A program made the position numbers and the translations under genes. Shown here piece by piece: positions 38,224 through 52,100 of a DNA stretch of 64,000 nt. Each line of letters opens with the position of its first letter. Position 1 is the stretch's first letter. Source of the DNA: Chrysomallon squamiferum (Eukaryota; Animalia; Mollusca); NCBI GenBank assembly GCA_012295275.1, contig CM022666.1, positions 5,766,001-5,830,000 of the forward strand, given 5' to 3'. The notes under the pieces are model-generated. The model ran no database searches and was not told the DNA's origin. It saw nothing but the letters and a program-made list of their open reading frames with translations.

Positions 38224-38537
38224 TCAACACAGGATTCGCTGCAACAGTGTCTGTCCCATCATCAACACAAACAAAATGAGGGCCAGGGAAGATCCCTGGC
38301 TGACCCCTAAACCGGGTTTCACCGAACTGTCTGTTTCTACATCGTTGTCGCGTGGGCCATGTTTTCTCTTCCCTCCTTTGTTTTTGCCCTTGCCCCTGCT
38401 TCCCTTGCCCCCCTTGTCAGTACTGTAAGGGGGGTTGTCGATGTTGACAATTCCCTTTTCTTCTTCTTCCGATATAACTCCTCCTCCTGAACCACTTCCG
38501 TCCAGTCCACTTCCACTGCCACTCATACCATCGATTT
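38224..38537 (-). CDS. GPC6: Glypican (GPC4/6, dally-like) terminal coding exon: GAG sites and GPI signal
   Basis: ttttcag|(E)IDGMSGSGSGLDGSGSGGGVISEEEEK...SQGSSLALILFVLMMGQTLLQRILC*; Ser-Gly repeats and hydrophobic C-terminus; 2 + 104 codons. Confidence 0.93.
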
Positions 38538-38602
38538 CTGAAAATTCAAACATGAAAATTACTGGATAAGAGACTAAGTTAATGGATGGATAAATGAATA
38601 TA

Positions 38603-38643
<41 letters not shown>

Positions 38644-39207
38644 TGAATGCCTGAACAAATAAATAATAATTGAATAAATGAATGAAAATAAAATATATAA
38701 ATAAAACTAAATAAAGATATAAATAAAAAATAAAGAAATAATGAAGATAAATTAATAAGTAAATAATAAATAGATAAATAACTAAATAAAATAAAGTCCT
38801 TTACATACATATTTTAACTCAAAAAACAAGACAACAAAAAATAATTTCCAAAATTGTTTATCATTTAAACCAATGTTGATATGACAGATTTGAAAAAGAT
38901 TTCCTTCTGCCCAGGATAAAAATTTAAAATAAACTGAACTGAAATTTCACAAAGACTAAGATCTAAAATTTTATCAAACCAAACAAGAATTTTAAAGAAA
39001 CCAAAGCACAATTCTGAAAAAACAGGGAGTAAAATTTCAGCTAGTTTCAATCAAACTTTAAACCAGACACAACTGAAATACTTTAAAAAATATAAGAAAT
39101 TCTTCCTAATAAAAAAAAAAACAAAACAAAACAAAATAAATAAATAAATAAATAAATAAAAATAAATAAATAAATAAAAATAAATAAATAAATAAAAATA
39201 ATAATAA

Positions 39208-39255
<48 letters not shown>

Positions 39256-40059
39256 CTGACAAAAAATAATCCATAAAAAAACATTTGTATGACCAGGACT
39301 AAAATAACTATGTTAAAAATATCTCAGCAATCAACTGAAGACCAATTTTTACTCTGTGGCAAAAGAAAACAACTTATCAATCAGAAGTACTGTCTAAAAC
39401 CATTGCCTCTTGCCAGTCCTTTGCAATGCCTCTTGTCAAGCTAGGCTTATTAAGTAGAAATTGATGGTATTTCCATGGTAACAAGTTTGAATAACAGTTA
39501 ATTTTTTTTACATTTTTTATTTTTTTAATTCTTTAAAAAGTTTTTTTTTTTTTTTAAAGTGGTGAAAATTTCGGTTTTTTTTTTTAAAAAAGTTGGATTA
39601 GTGATTTAAAAAAAAAAAAAATAAATTTATTTATTTTTTATTTTTATTATTTATTATTTTTAATTTTTATTTATTTGTTTTTTTTTTCTCCAAAATTTTC
39701 TCTAATTCCAGTTTTAATCTAAATTTGAATGTTAAAAATAATATAAATTAAAAAAAAAATAAGATGAACAACATAATTAATAACATGATGAAATCATTCA
39801 CAACATCAGAATATATTTGCTTCTAAGACAGTTTGAAATAAAAATAAAAAATTAGTTTAGACAAAAGTACATGACAAAAAAAAATCAAAATAATTTAAAT
39901 TTAAAAAGTAATGCTTTGTGGAGTTGGGTTTTAAAATAAAAATTAACAAACATTTAATACAAAATATTAGTCCCATTCAGTATGTGATTAAAATCAATGC
40001 TTTATAAAAAATAACATTTCCAATACAAGCCAGTACATGATGAAAATCAATGCTCTGTA

Positions 40060-40064
<5 letters not shown>

Positions 40065-40130
<66 letters not shown>

Positions 40131-40146
40131 GTCTCTGTCTCTCTCT

Positions 40147-40217
<71 letters not shown>
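40065..40217. repeat. (CT)n microsatellite
   Basis: Read directly from the sequence. Confidence 0.95.
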
Positions 40218-40220
<3 letters not shown>

Positions 40221-41132
40221 ATACTCTGCTCTGTCAATCAGCTGTCTGTATTGATAAACTGTCTTTTCTAAAACAGAGCATGTCACTTACAAACTCAACC
40301 ATCAGACTGGCTTGAAATTACTCTGTCAAACTGAAAACAGACATTTCTGCGGAGAGTATCTTTAGGCAGGAAATACCACATTAACAGATTTATAGGCACG
40401 GTTCTGATGGAAAAAAAAATGTCGTTTTTAATACAGGGTAATATTACTTTCAACGAAGGCTGTTACAAGCTTGTTTTGTTATTACTAATAACACAGGCAA
40501 TTACAGGCAGGTTTTTGATGAATTTCATTATTAAAATAAGCAAAACATAGGCAGGTTTATAGACGAATATCATTAAAATAGGCAATTTTAGGGTAATATC
40601 ATTTTTAACAAAGGCATTATAGACTAGTTTGGAGGAAATTTCTTTCATTTCTTTCTTTCTTGTTAACTACTTTACTCTCCTTTTTTTTCTTTCCTTTTTC
40701 CTTCTTTCTCTCCCTTTCACTCACTCATTTTTGTACCCTACTTTAGTATTAATGGCAACTTCACTCTAGATTAACTAAAATTTGGATCTGAATCCTGGTT
40801 CATTGAAATGTTTAGGTTTTGGGCTGCTTGAAGGTTTGATCATCAAACTGAAATGTTTTCAAATCTGCCCACACACACTTTCTACATGTGTCCCAACATT
40901 TTTGTCTGTTAATATCAAATCTGAGGGGACCATTAAAATGTAATGTTCATCACTGCCCCTGTATTTTTATTTTTTAAAACCAAATTTGAGTTGTCCATTA
41001 AGACATAATGTTTATCAGTATCCATATTTTTTTTTTTGTCTCATCATACCAAATTTGCAAAGCTACATCTTTCCGCAAGCACTGAACTATTTTAGATGCA
41101 ATTGAAGCTGTTGTTACTGAAGCTGCTGTTAC

Positions 41133-41308
41133 CTGTGTCAATCCAGTCAACATCCATGCCGTTATAGGCGCTGTGCAGTCGACTTGTTATCAGTTTTAGC
41201 TGGATGATCTGGCGAGAGACAACAGTGTTGGCCTTGGTGACGTCAATCTCAACTTCTGGGTTGTTGATCTGATTGACCACTCCGTCCTTCTGTACGTCAG
41301 GGATGTAC
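41133..41308 (-). CDS. GPC6: Glypican internal exon
   Basis: ctccag|(R)YIPDVQKDGVVNQINNPEVEIDVTKANTVVSRQIIQLKLITSRLHSAYNGMDVDWIDT+G|gtaaca; NQINNPEV and AYNGxDV motifs. Confidence 0.96.
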
Positions 41309-41361
41309 CTGGAGGGAAAGAAAGATGACATGTATTTAGTGAATGTGAGAATGAATGAATG

Positions 41362-41630
<269 letters not shown>

Positions 41631-42023
41631 GTAAGCCAGTGAGACACAGAATTTAAGAGAAATTAAAATTGAATAAGCAAGACAGACTGACAGAGATAAA
41701 GAGGAAAAAACATCAGACAGAAATACAGAGAATACAATTTAAGCAAGATATTAAAAGTTTGTAAAGAAAAACGAAAAAAAAAACTGCAAGATAAAAAATT
41801 ATATTTTTTAAAATTTTAATGAAATGCTCAATGACTTAATTATTCTCAGTTTTTTATTTAACAATGAATGACTATTTAAACACCACAGAGAGCTCTTTTA
41901 ACGGTGTATTGTCAGATACAGACAGTGTGTCTATGTGTACATGTGTGTGAGAGAGAAAGAAGACAGAGAAACAAAGACAGAATGAGATATTAATAAACTG
42001 AAAGAGAAAAAGTTTAAAACATT

Positions 42024-42055
<32 letters not shown>

Positions 42056-42492
42056 ACAGCTTTATTTAAAGTGTAACAGCAGATATATAAAAATAATTGC
42101 AAAAAAATTAAATGTTTTTTATTTTTTTATCAGAACAATGAATGGGAGGAAAAAATTTAATATTATGTGAAATGTCAGTTGAGTCTTATCTATGTAAAAA
42201 AAAATCCTTGTTATGGCTGTTATTTATGACTTTGGAGTAAAATGAATCAACTGTCTACATCCATACAAACAATGACATCGTTGTGCACGCAGTATTAATT
42301 TGAAACCGCTCTGCTTGAAATGCAGATTATTACAAAAAAGTGCAGTGCAACTGATACCACAGGGCAGAAGATCGCATCGCTTGCTGCAACAACAACAGCG
42401 TGTTGTGACAGGAGCGATTTGGTTATCGGAATACACCATGATTCAGACGTTTTTCTTCTTGATGAAGTTTGAAACGTTCGAGTGAGATTACT

Positions 42493-42527
<35 letters not shown>

Positions 42528-42553
42528 GACAAATATCTTGTTCTGCTGAGTGT

Positions 42554-42585
<32 letters not shown>

Positions 42586-42670
42586 CCGTGTGTGTGGTTA
42601 TGTGAATATGTTGCTCTGCTGAGTTGTATATTGAGGGTGTGAGATTGTGTGTCTGTGGAGACAGACAGAA

Positions 42671-42715
<45 letters not shown>

Positions 42716-43180
42716 AAGGAATTGTAGGAATTGTGTGTGTATGTGTGTGTGTGTGTGTGTGTTACTAAAGTATTGTAGGAATGTGTGTATATCTGTATGT
42801 ATGTGTCTATATTTGTATGTTATGATGTATATGTGTGTGTGTTTTTAATTTTGTATGCTGGTGTGTATGTACTTGTGTGTATGTATGTATGTGTGTGTGT
42901 GTATATGTGTGAGAGAGAGAAAGTATGTGCATGTCTCAAACAAGACAAAAAAGACACAGAAAAACAGGGAAATAAGAAAGAAAAAGGAAAAGACCAAGAA
43001 AGAGACAAAAATTCAGATATACAAAGAAACTGAAGGAATTAATGGATAAGACATAAAAGATTATTTATAGCACACAATACTGTGACATTTTTAACTTTAC
43101 AATGCTTATTAGTCAAAACTACAAAATCAAAGTCCTGTCATCATTATTACATTTTAATTTTTTTTATTAGATTTTAATAC

Positions 43181-43455
43181 CTTGCTCTGTCTTGCCCATT
43201 CCAACAATCATCTTCAGTCATGGGAGAAGCAGCAAGGTCTTCATCATTGCAGACTGTGTATGGCAGCTGAACCCAGAAGTCTTTTGCCATTTTCACTTTT
43301 TCCTTGATATCCCGGACCAGTCTGTCTAGACTTGTTCCAGCGGCTGTGGTGGGCCGGGCAGACTGAGTCTTGGGTTGAAAGTTGAACGTGTACTCGAAAT
43401 TTTCAGCTTCTCTTTTCTCTCGACTTAGTCTTGGTGTTCCACATCCAGCAAATAT
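43181..43455 (-). CDS. GPC6: Glypican internal exon with furin-like site
   Basis: tctcag|IFAGCGTPRLSREKREAE...RPTTAAGTSLDRLVRDIKEKVKMAKDFWVQLPYTVC...DCWNGQDRA+AG|gtatta; RPTTAAGTSLDRLV is typical of GPC4/6. Confidence 0.97.
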
Positions 43456-43459
43456 CTGA

Positions 43460-43460
<1 letters not shown>

Positions 43461-43504
<44 letters not shown>

Positions 43505-43611
43505 TAATAACAATAACAAATGTATTGACAATAATAGTAGTAGTAGTAATAATAATAATAATAATAATAAAAATAATAATAAAAAAATAATAATAAATTA
43601 ATAAGAATAAG

Positions 43612-43648
<37 letters not shown>

Positions 43649-43975
43649 TAATAATATAACAACAACAACAACAACAAATGTATTGACAGTAGTAGTAGTA
43701 GTAATAATAATAGTAATAAAAAAATAATAATAATAATAATAATAACAAATGTAATGACAGTAATAATAACAATAACAAAACAATAGTAACATTAATAATA
43801 ATATTATTAACTGTAATAAGAGTAATAAAAATAATAATAGTAAAAATTATAATAACAGTAACATGAATAAGAATAAAAACAGTGATAATAATAATAATAG
43901 TAAAGGTAATAAACAATAATAAAACAATAATAACAATAATAATAACTAATAAAAAAAATAATAATAATAATAAGA
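43461..43975. repeat. (AAT)n-rich compound microsatellite
   Basis: AAT/AAC/AGT runs with AACAAATGTA(T/A)TGACA embedded three times. Confidence 0.9.
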
Positions 43976-44885
43976 TGACAATGGAGACAACACTATTTAA
44001 CAAGTAACAACTGACATATGATATAGCTGTAACAACAATGATGATTAGTCAGTAATAATTAATAACAGTAATGGCAGTAGTGGAAATACTAGTAGTAGTA
44101 GCTATAACAATATTTGTCACATTGCTAATAATCACAAATATCAGCATCTGTATTACTAAAACAACTAAAAAACATAACAGAATCATAATATCTACATAAC
44201 GGCTATAAAAACAATTTATAAAACAATAACACAAATATCTAGCCCCAATTTAAACAAATGCTGTTTTTCTTGTACATATATATTTCCACCTCTTTTTTTT
44301 TTTTTTTTTTTTTTTTTTCTCTCTCTATAAGATAAAACCAACAAGAGGTCAAAACATTCAAAACCTATCAGAGGAAGTCATCAAGGGCAATAGATATGGA
44401 TAATGGTAATGCTGTTGGTTTTTTTTTCTCAGAACACTGGTAAGTGAAATGCAGAAACTTGATTCCAAAGAATCTCGTCTAAGTGACTGGAACATACAAC
44501 TGCTGGGAGTTGGTGTTTGGCAGAATGACAACAACAACAACTAAAAAACCAACACAACAAAGAAATGAAAAGATAAAAGAAAAAGCGAAAGTAATATGTA
44601 CGTGACATGTGCGTCTGTCACTGTGTGTTAGAACCACGACTCACATGACTCACAGTGACATGCGATTTTACTTACTCACTCATTCTCTCTCTCTCTCTCT
44701 CCTTTTTTGTCTCTTCTCTCTATCTGTTGTTTATAAATTCGCTGAATGGTATTACTACAGTTTTAGCATATTACTTCATTCTTCTTTTTCTTTCTCTCTT
44801 TTTTCTTTTTCTTTCTATATTTCTCTCACAGCCTGTTACATTCTTCTTTTCATTTATTTTCCAATTTTCAGATAGAGAATTATAT

Positions 44886-44939
<54 letters not shown>

Positions 44940-45447
44940 ACACTCATTTATTCATACATACATATAAATACAAATCACACAAATATACAGATATTTTCCA
45001 CATTTCTTTAACTATGCAGTCCATTTTTGTTTAAAACACACACACACACACCCACACACAGACACACACAGATATGTATAATAATAACAAAAACAACAAC
45101 AATAAAAATAATATACACTCACATACATACAAACTCACAATCACTAACAAAAAAAAACAAAAAACAAATTCTCAGAAAACAGACGTCTGACATGCAGTGG
45201 TTTATTAAAACGACAGTTGCGTGCAAAAGCGAAAAGCTTCATCTTGGTCGAATACTTGCATTGTTTACAAGTATCTAAATATGTGAACTTAATTACAACA
45301 TGTCAGCCTCTCAAAATAAGCCATTCATTTCAAACCTCTGCCGAAAGGAGCAACAACTGACATACGTTATACTGTAAAAAAAATTTTTTTTCCTTTGTGT
45401 TTTTGTTAGTTCTAAAAAATAAAAAAAATAAAAACACTATTATTAAA

Positions 45448-45483
<36 letters not shown>

Positions 45484-45873
45484 TTTTTATTATTTTATGA
45501 TTATTTTATGATTATTGCTTTTGTTTATTATTAATATTATTAGTTATTTATTTATTATTGTTATAATTATTATCATTATTATTGTTTTTTCTACAGTTGT
45601 TGTAGCTTGTATTATTTTTTTTTTATTGTTGTTTGTTTATTATTATTTATTTTATTATTTTTAATTTGTATTTCATTTTATTTTATTTATGACATTTTAA
45701 GGATATGATGGAATATTGTTATCTGGGACAGTAAACATTTTGAAGTTAAATATCTTTAGACTGTGAGGTAAGTATGACTCAAGGAATGAAGAAATAAAAT
45801 TTATAATTTAATCTTCAGTCATATAATTTTAAAATATAGCCATTTTTTCCTTTAGATTAAAAAAATTTAAATA

Positions 45874-46089
45874 ATAATAAAAAAATTATAAATTTTAAAT
45901 ATTAAAAAGTAGAAAATGCCTGTTAATATTTGTTGAAATGTTTTGCAAAAATAGTTATTTTATTTATGTACAAATTAATTCAACCATACACTAACATAAC
46001 TAAACACACACACGCACGCACACGCACACAAGCACATACACATTGAGGCACACACACACATACTCAATCACACCCACATAAACTCACAT
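45874..46089 (+). repeat. Dispersed repeat copy 1 (copy 2 at 61037-61278)
   Basis: Near-identical ATAAATTTTAAATATTAAAAAGTAGAAA...GTACAAATTAATTCA..CATACACTAACATAAC(CA)nTTGAGG(CA)n..CACCCACATAAACTCACAT. Confidence 0.9.
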
Positions 46090-46212
46090 AATTTGAAAAT
46101 CCTCTGCCCAATATGAATTGAACATACAACCTCAAACATCTCAGAATATTGCAAAAGACTACATACAATTACTGAAATTATATACATCTACTTCAAACAA
46201 AACACACACACA

Positions 46213-46243
<31 letters not shown>

Positions 46244-46657
46244 TGTCAAAAAGTCTTCCAGAGTGATTTGAACTCATGACTTTGAGTATGTCAAAACTAC
46301 TGAAAAAAGTAAATTTGATCAACAGAAGCTCACTATGCTTTTAACATTTTTACCCTCAAACTTTTTACATGACAAAAGATCATGTTCTCAGATTTCATTT
46401 AAACTTTGTTAACTTGATAGGCTAGTTTCTTGCATACTGTGTACAGGTTAGCGTCAATGAAACAGAATATTATGAAACTCGAAACTTATCTGACAATCAA
46501 AGTGAAACATTAGTAGTGGAAACATAACAAAGCAGGATTTTGATGTCTTGGCTGTTTTTTTTCTTTCCAGGTTAAAATACCAATAATAATGATGATGATG
46601 ATGATGATAATAATAATGATAACAATAATGATATTGATAATAATAATAATAATGATG

Positions 46658-46694
<37 letters not shown>

Positions 46695-47394
46695 TTTTTT
46701 TTTTTTTTTTTTTTAAAATGACAATAAAAGTTCTTGCAAAAAAAAAAACATTTTTGGAACAAAACTGTAAACAGATGTCAAAATTTTTTAAACAATAAAA
46801 AACAACAACACCCAACCCCACACAGCAATACTAATTACATTGCTATTCTTCACAAACGTCTGTTTAGTATGCCACGACGAAGTGACCATACCTTCATATG
46901 TCTCTTCTAAATCAACCATAGCAATCCTGTGACAGGAATATTTATAGAAAAAAAGAAAAAATATCCCTAGCAGAAGAACGACTTTCACTAGTGACTCATC
47001 TGCCGTTCACCCACTCTTAACACCAACACTGTAATTTTAGCATTAAACAAAGGAAAAGAAAGGGATGAAAATGCCAAGGCAAAAAGGTTTGGCCGTTTGG
47101 AAAAAAAACAACAACACAAAAACAAATATGTGAAAAATGTCAAGGGCAGATGCATGGACATCAAAATGGTGGAAATGAAGTGTTTGGTTGTTTGGAAATG
47201 TTTGCTAATGAAAAAAAAAGACTTGAATGGAAGGGTAGAACAAATGGAGTGCACACTTGTGTCAATATAATGTGTTCTGTATCGCAGCAGTTGGGGGTTG
47301 GTTGTAATTGGAGGGTGGTTTTTTTTTTTTTTTTTTTTTTTTTTGTTGGTGCATTCTGGAATTAATTATTGCTTGTTGGTGTGAATAAATTATA

Positions 47395-47505
47395 GCATCA
47401 CCAGAACACAGTGTCAAAATTTCAAAGTGAAATGTTGAAAGTACACACAGACAGACAGACAGACAGACAGACAGACGCAGTGATCCCTCACCCTTTTCAC
47501 AAAAT
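47395..47505 (+). mobile_element. Possible Helentron/HINE-like relic with (ACAG)n
   Basis: CAAAATTTCAA..(ACAG)n..GCAGTGATCCC architecture is reminiscent of molluscan HINEs; very degenerate. Confidence 0.25.
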
Positions 47506-48114
47506 AAAATAAATAAAAAAATTTAATTAAATAGTCAGTGCAAAAATGCATTTAAAATTTCATTCTTTTTTTTTTTTATCATAAATTGTAAGGTAAAATT
47601 TAAAAAAAATATTATAAAATAAAATAAAATAAAATAAAATAAAATAAAAAATAAAATAAAATAAAATAAAATAAAATACAAAACTAGTATTCTTCTGGAC
47701 AAAAGCTACATTAAAATCTTAATGGACGCCTCTTCACAATTCTTACATTTTCAGAAAACCTTTAGCAGCAAAAACCCATTAAACAAAAAAAATCTGTTAC
47801 TGACAACCAATTTTAAAATTTAAAAAAAAAAAAAAAATTATTTGAGTTGAATCATGATGCATAATAATTTAAAAAAAAAATAAAAAAGCTGTTTTTAATT
47901 AGTAATAACAAATTATTTTTAATGAAAATACATTACTGTTTTTGTTTCAATTTTGTTTCTAAGTTTTTTGGGGGAAGGTTATTTTCTTCTTCTTTTTTAA
48001 CAATTTACTTCTATTTATAATTTAAATTTTTTGAAATAATAATTGATTATAATTTTTGAAATATAAATTTATACTCATAAATAGATAAACACTCTCTCAC
48101 ACACACACAATGTA

Positions 48115-48145
<31 letters not shown>

Positions 48146-49457
48146 ACACACACACACACATACACACACACACACACACACTGTAACAAACAAACAGACA
48201 CACACACACACATCTATCTCTACCTGCATACATACAAACACACATTCTTAATTAATTCTTAATTTATCTGATTACGCCACCAGATGCAGCTGTATCACAT
48301 TCTTCTTTTTAATTACATATACGCTTGCACCAATATCATATTCAGCGAATTTTCGGTTTTTGGTTTCTTCAAAGTCGACCCCTCGCAGATTCCAGCTGCA
48401 CCCTGAACTTCCGAGCCCCTCTGAAGAAATATTGTTTTACATCGACACACAGACGACTAAAGAAATAAAGACTGTTAAAAGATGCCTTTGTCACGATGAT
48501 TAATCAGTTTTTTTTCTCCACAAAATAAAGCAAAATGATCCTCGGGATGTGTGTAATACGTTTTTATTTTAATTAGATGGAGAGAAAAAAAAAAAAGAAA
48601 AGATTTTTTTAACAAAATGGAAGGGGATTGATTGTGAAGAGGTAATGACATGACATTTATTTAAATGGTTGATTTAAATTATGTGTTGTTGTTTCAGTGG
48701 ATAAGGTTTATTTTATTTCAATTGATGAATGGTGATTTCGTGTAAATTTGTGATGAATGATTTTTATTTTAAAAAATGTATTGAAAAATAGGTGATGTTT
48801 TGATTTTTAAGGGGTGACAGGTGTAAACAGATAGGTGATTTCTTTTAAATGGGTGAATTTGTTTATATGGGTGAATGCTTTATGTCAGCATATATTTAAT
48901 GATTTTTTTTTTTTTTAAATATGCAATTTTATTTGCCTTTTCTTTTTTTCTTTTTTAAATTGATGATGATTTTTTTTTAAATAGGTTAGTGGCTGTTTTT
49001 ATGTAAATGGATAAAAGTGATTTATAAATATTAAGTAACAATACAATATTCTTTCATTCAAAAAAAAAAAAAAAAAAAAGTTTTTTAATTAAACTTTAAA
49101 CATGATAAAAAATTCCTAAAAGACTGAGTCAACCTGTACCATAACAAAAAAGTCATCTTACAATGAACCCAAATAAAATTGAAGAGAAGAAATGAAAAAA
49201 GAAGATAAAAGACCAAAAAGAAAAGATAACAACAGAAGACAAAAAGAAAATAGTAAGAAAGACTAAGAAGAAAAAAACAACAAAAAAACAACATAACACA
49301 AATGTCGTATCATACAGCTGTATCAAGTTGTACCATACAGCAGGCCAGTGTGTTGTCACACAAATCTTCGTGGACTGACCCAGCATTAGTCACAGAATTG
49401 ACAAATTTCATTAGTTATATTTGTCCAAGCTTTGGAAATCCAGCACAACTTGGGACA

Positions 49458-49567
<110 letters not shown>

Positions 49568-49574
49568 ACACACA

Positions 49575-49656
<82 letters not shown>

Positions 49657-50024
49657 TCTTTTTTCTTCCACACAACAACAACAACAACAACACCACCAAC
49701 ATCATGTTCCCAAACTTAGATCTGCTTGTCACAAAGGACGCTCAGTTTGCACAGGACAGTTGTCATCGTTGAAAGCGCGAAGGTTTCCACCCTTTGTTTG
49801 CTCTGGAAATCTTTTTTCGAGGCAACTTGACGAGGGGACTTAGTGGAGCTGTAAAAATCAGTGGTGACAGAGGTGACACGGAATTAGCATTCTAACAAGG
49901 ATATTTCTGTCTGTGTGTGTGTCGTCAAACAACTACGTCACTGCAGAAACAAACAGAGTCAAATAGTTCAACTTGTACTGCACGGGACATTTTGCATGAT
50001 AGTGTTACCACTGAATGTGAAAAT

Positions 50025-50057
<33 letters not shown>

Positions 50058-50989
50058 TTAAAACATACATATATGTAATACTCACATATATGTAATATAC
50101 ACAGATACATACAGGGATACACAAAATATAGATCTATTCACAAACATGCATGCACACACACATGTATGAAATACAAATGCTTCGTCATTTATCACTAATG
50201 TAGACAAACTGCAATTTACCTAAATCCAGAAATATTACTTCCATACGACTCAGCACATTAACAAGCTCAATTTAAATACTAAAACGTGAAGTTGTAACAA
50301 GACTGGCTTTCAATTAGAGAAAAATGAGAAAAAATAAATTTAGTACATATCACTTAAACATATAATCTATTTTTAATTACTTCACTACAGAACTTCATTT
50401 TTTTTCTTTTTTTTTTTTTTTTTTTTTTCCAAATGGTTTACATTTTTTTTTTTTTTTCAAATGACTCTTTGGAATGGGAAATTACCCTTTTCCTGGTAAC
50501 TGAAACATCCATTATCAACTCTCCTGCATCATCAAAATGATTTACTGTAATTTGTATATGACAGTGAAATGACCCCATCCCCAAAATAATGACAACAACT
50601 ATTAAATATTTCATGTATTTGTTTAGTTTTGCTTTTTTTAACATATAATCAAATACAATTATTAACGATTTCGTTTCATTGCTTGGTAAATGTATGCGCA
50701 ACCTTTCTGACACTTCTGAATGTAATGGCGATAGTATCAATTAAATGATTATAATAATGATGATGATGATAATGATGGTGATGATGATAATGATGATGGT
50801 TGATTATAATGATAATAATGGTAATGATAATGGTGATGTTAGAAAGAATGATACATAATGATTCTTTTGGTATGGATTCTAGTATAGTTATCATTAATGA
50901 CTATTTCTACATTTCTACAGTTTCTAGTAAAATTATCATTAATAAAGACTGTTTGTTTACTGTATGTTTCTAGTATAATAAAGATACAA

Positions 50990-51180
50990 AGAGAAGAAAC
51001 CTGATATTAGTTACTCCTACCAAAGAATAGCAAGAAATCTTTTACACACACAAATTTCAAGTTACGAAAGCATTCCACAGCGCATGATACAAAATTTGGA
51101 GCTCTGGTCGGATTGGAAAATGTACCTAAATCAAGGCTTGATCTAGGAATCTTATCATACCTCATGACAGAATTTTCATG
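50990..51180 (-). mobile_element. Diverged Meta-SINE-like relic
   Basis: GAGAAGAAACC..AGCAAGAAATCTTTTA..GCATTCCACAGC..GGATTGGAAAAT..GGCTTGATC; same motif order as 51925-52100. Confidence 0.5.
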
Positions 51181-51924
51181 ACTAATCTACTGTAATTTTT
51201 ACTGGACTGGATTAAGTAATAAAACTAAGATGGTGTAATTAAGAAGAAAACAGGAGTAAAACATATGATACAACAACAGAACCAAACAATCACAGATAGT
51301 TCAGCTTGGACAGAGGCCCTAAGAATGAATGCAAAGCCAAAAGGAAATGAAGCAGATACACAAGAATGGAGAACACAGAGAGTTATGGAAACGATGGAGC
51401 CAGCAGGAATAATAAAAAAACAAAAAACAATTAGCAGATGGTTTGAAGTGGTTACTTGGAAGTTGAAGAGGATTTGAATTTTGATTGCTAGGAAATGAAG
51501 AGCAAGAAGTCGTTGTTGCAGTTGTTGTTGTTTTCTGAGGATTGTTAATATTGTGAAGTGGGATGAAAGAATTGTAAATGAGAGTAACCCTCAGGAAAAT
51601 CTTCTGTCAGAACAGATGTTACATGGTTTTTTTTGGAAATGTTTTAAACAAAAACAAAAAACAATTTTGAAGAAATAATACAAAAAAAAATTTCTTTAAA
51701 CAAATGGCAATGTTTTAGAAAATGTTTCAAAACAAATTAAATTAAAAATAGATATTATAATGTAAATATTCCAAACATTAAAATCTTTTGCATATTTATT
51801 TATTATTGTTGTGTTGTTGTTGTTGTTATTATCAACAGTTAATATTAACAAAAATTCTCTAATGGGAATACTACAAGAAAACAAAAAAAACAACTATTCA
51901 AAAAAACAAAAACAAAATCTAATT

Positions 51925-52100
51925 AATCAACAGCAAGACATTTTTTATCACATCAATTCCCTAGACAGGAAAACACATACCATTATGTTTGACATAACAT
52001 CACAGAACAAGGGTTGGAATGGAAAATATCCAACTGATGCAACATTTAGGATTGACCCAGCAACCTAACAAGCGTATAGTGGGCTTTCTATTGAGCTATA
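51925..52100 (-). mobile_element. Diverged Meta-SINE-like relic with tRNA-like head
   Basis: CAGCAAGACATTTTTTAT..AGACAGGAAAACACATACCA..GGATTGACCC..TTGAGCTA; A/B-box remnants on the - strand. Confidence 0.55.

Noticed and set aside
46250-46340. Minus-strand B-box-like GAGTTCAAATC
   Set aside because: No tRNA fold; at most a decayed SINE head.
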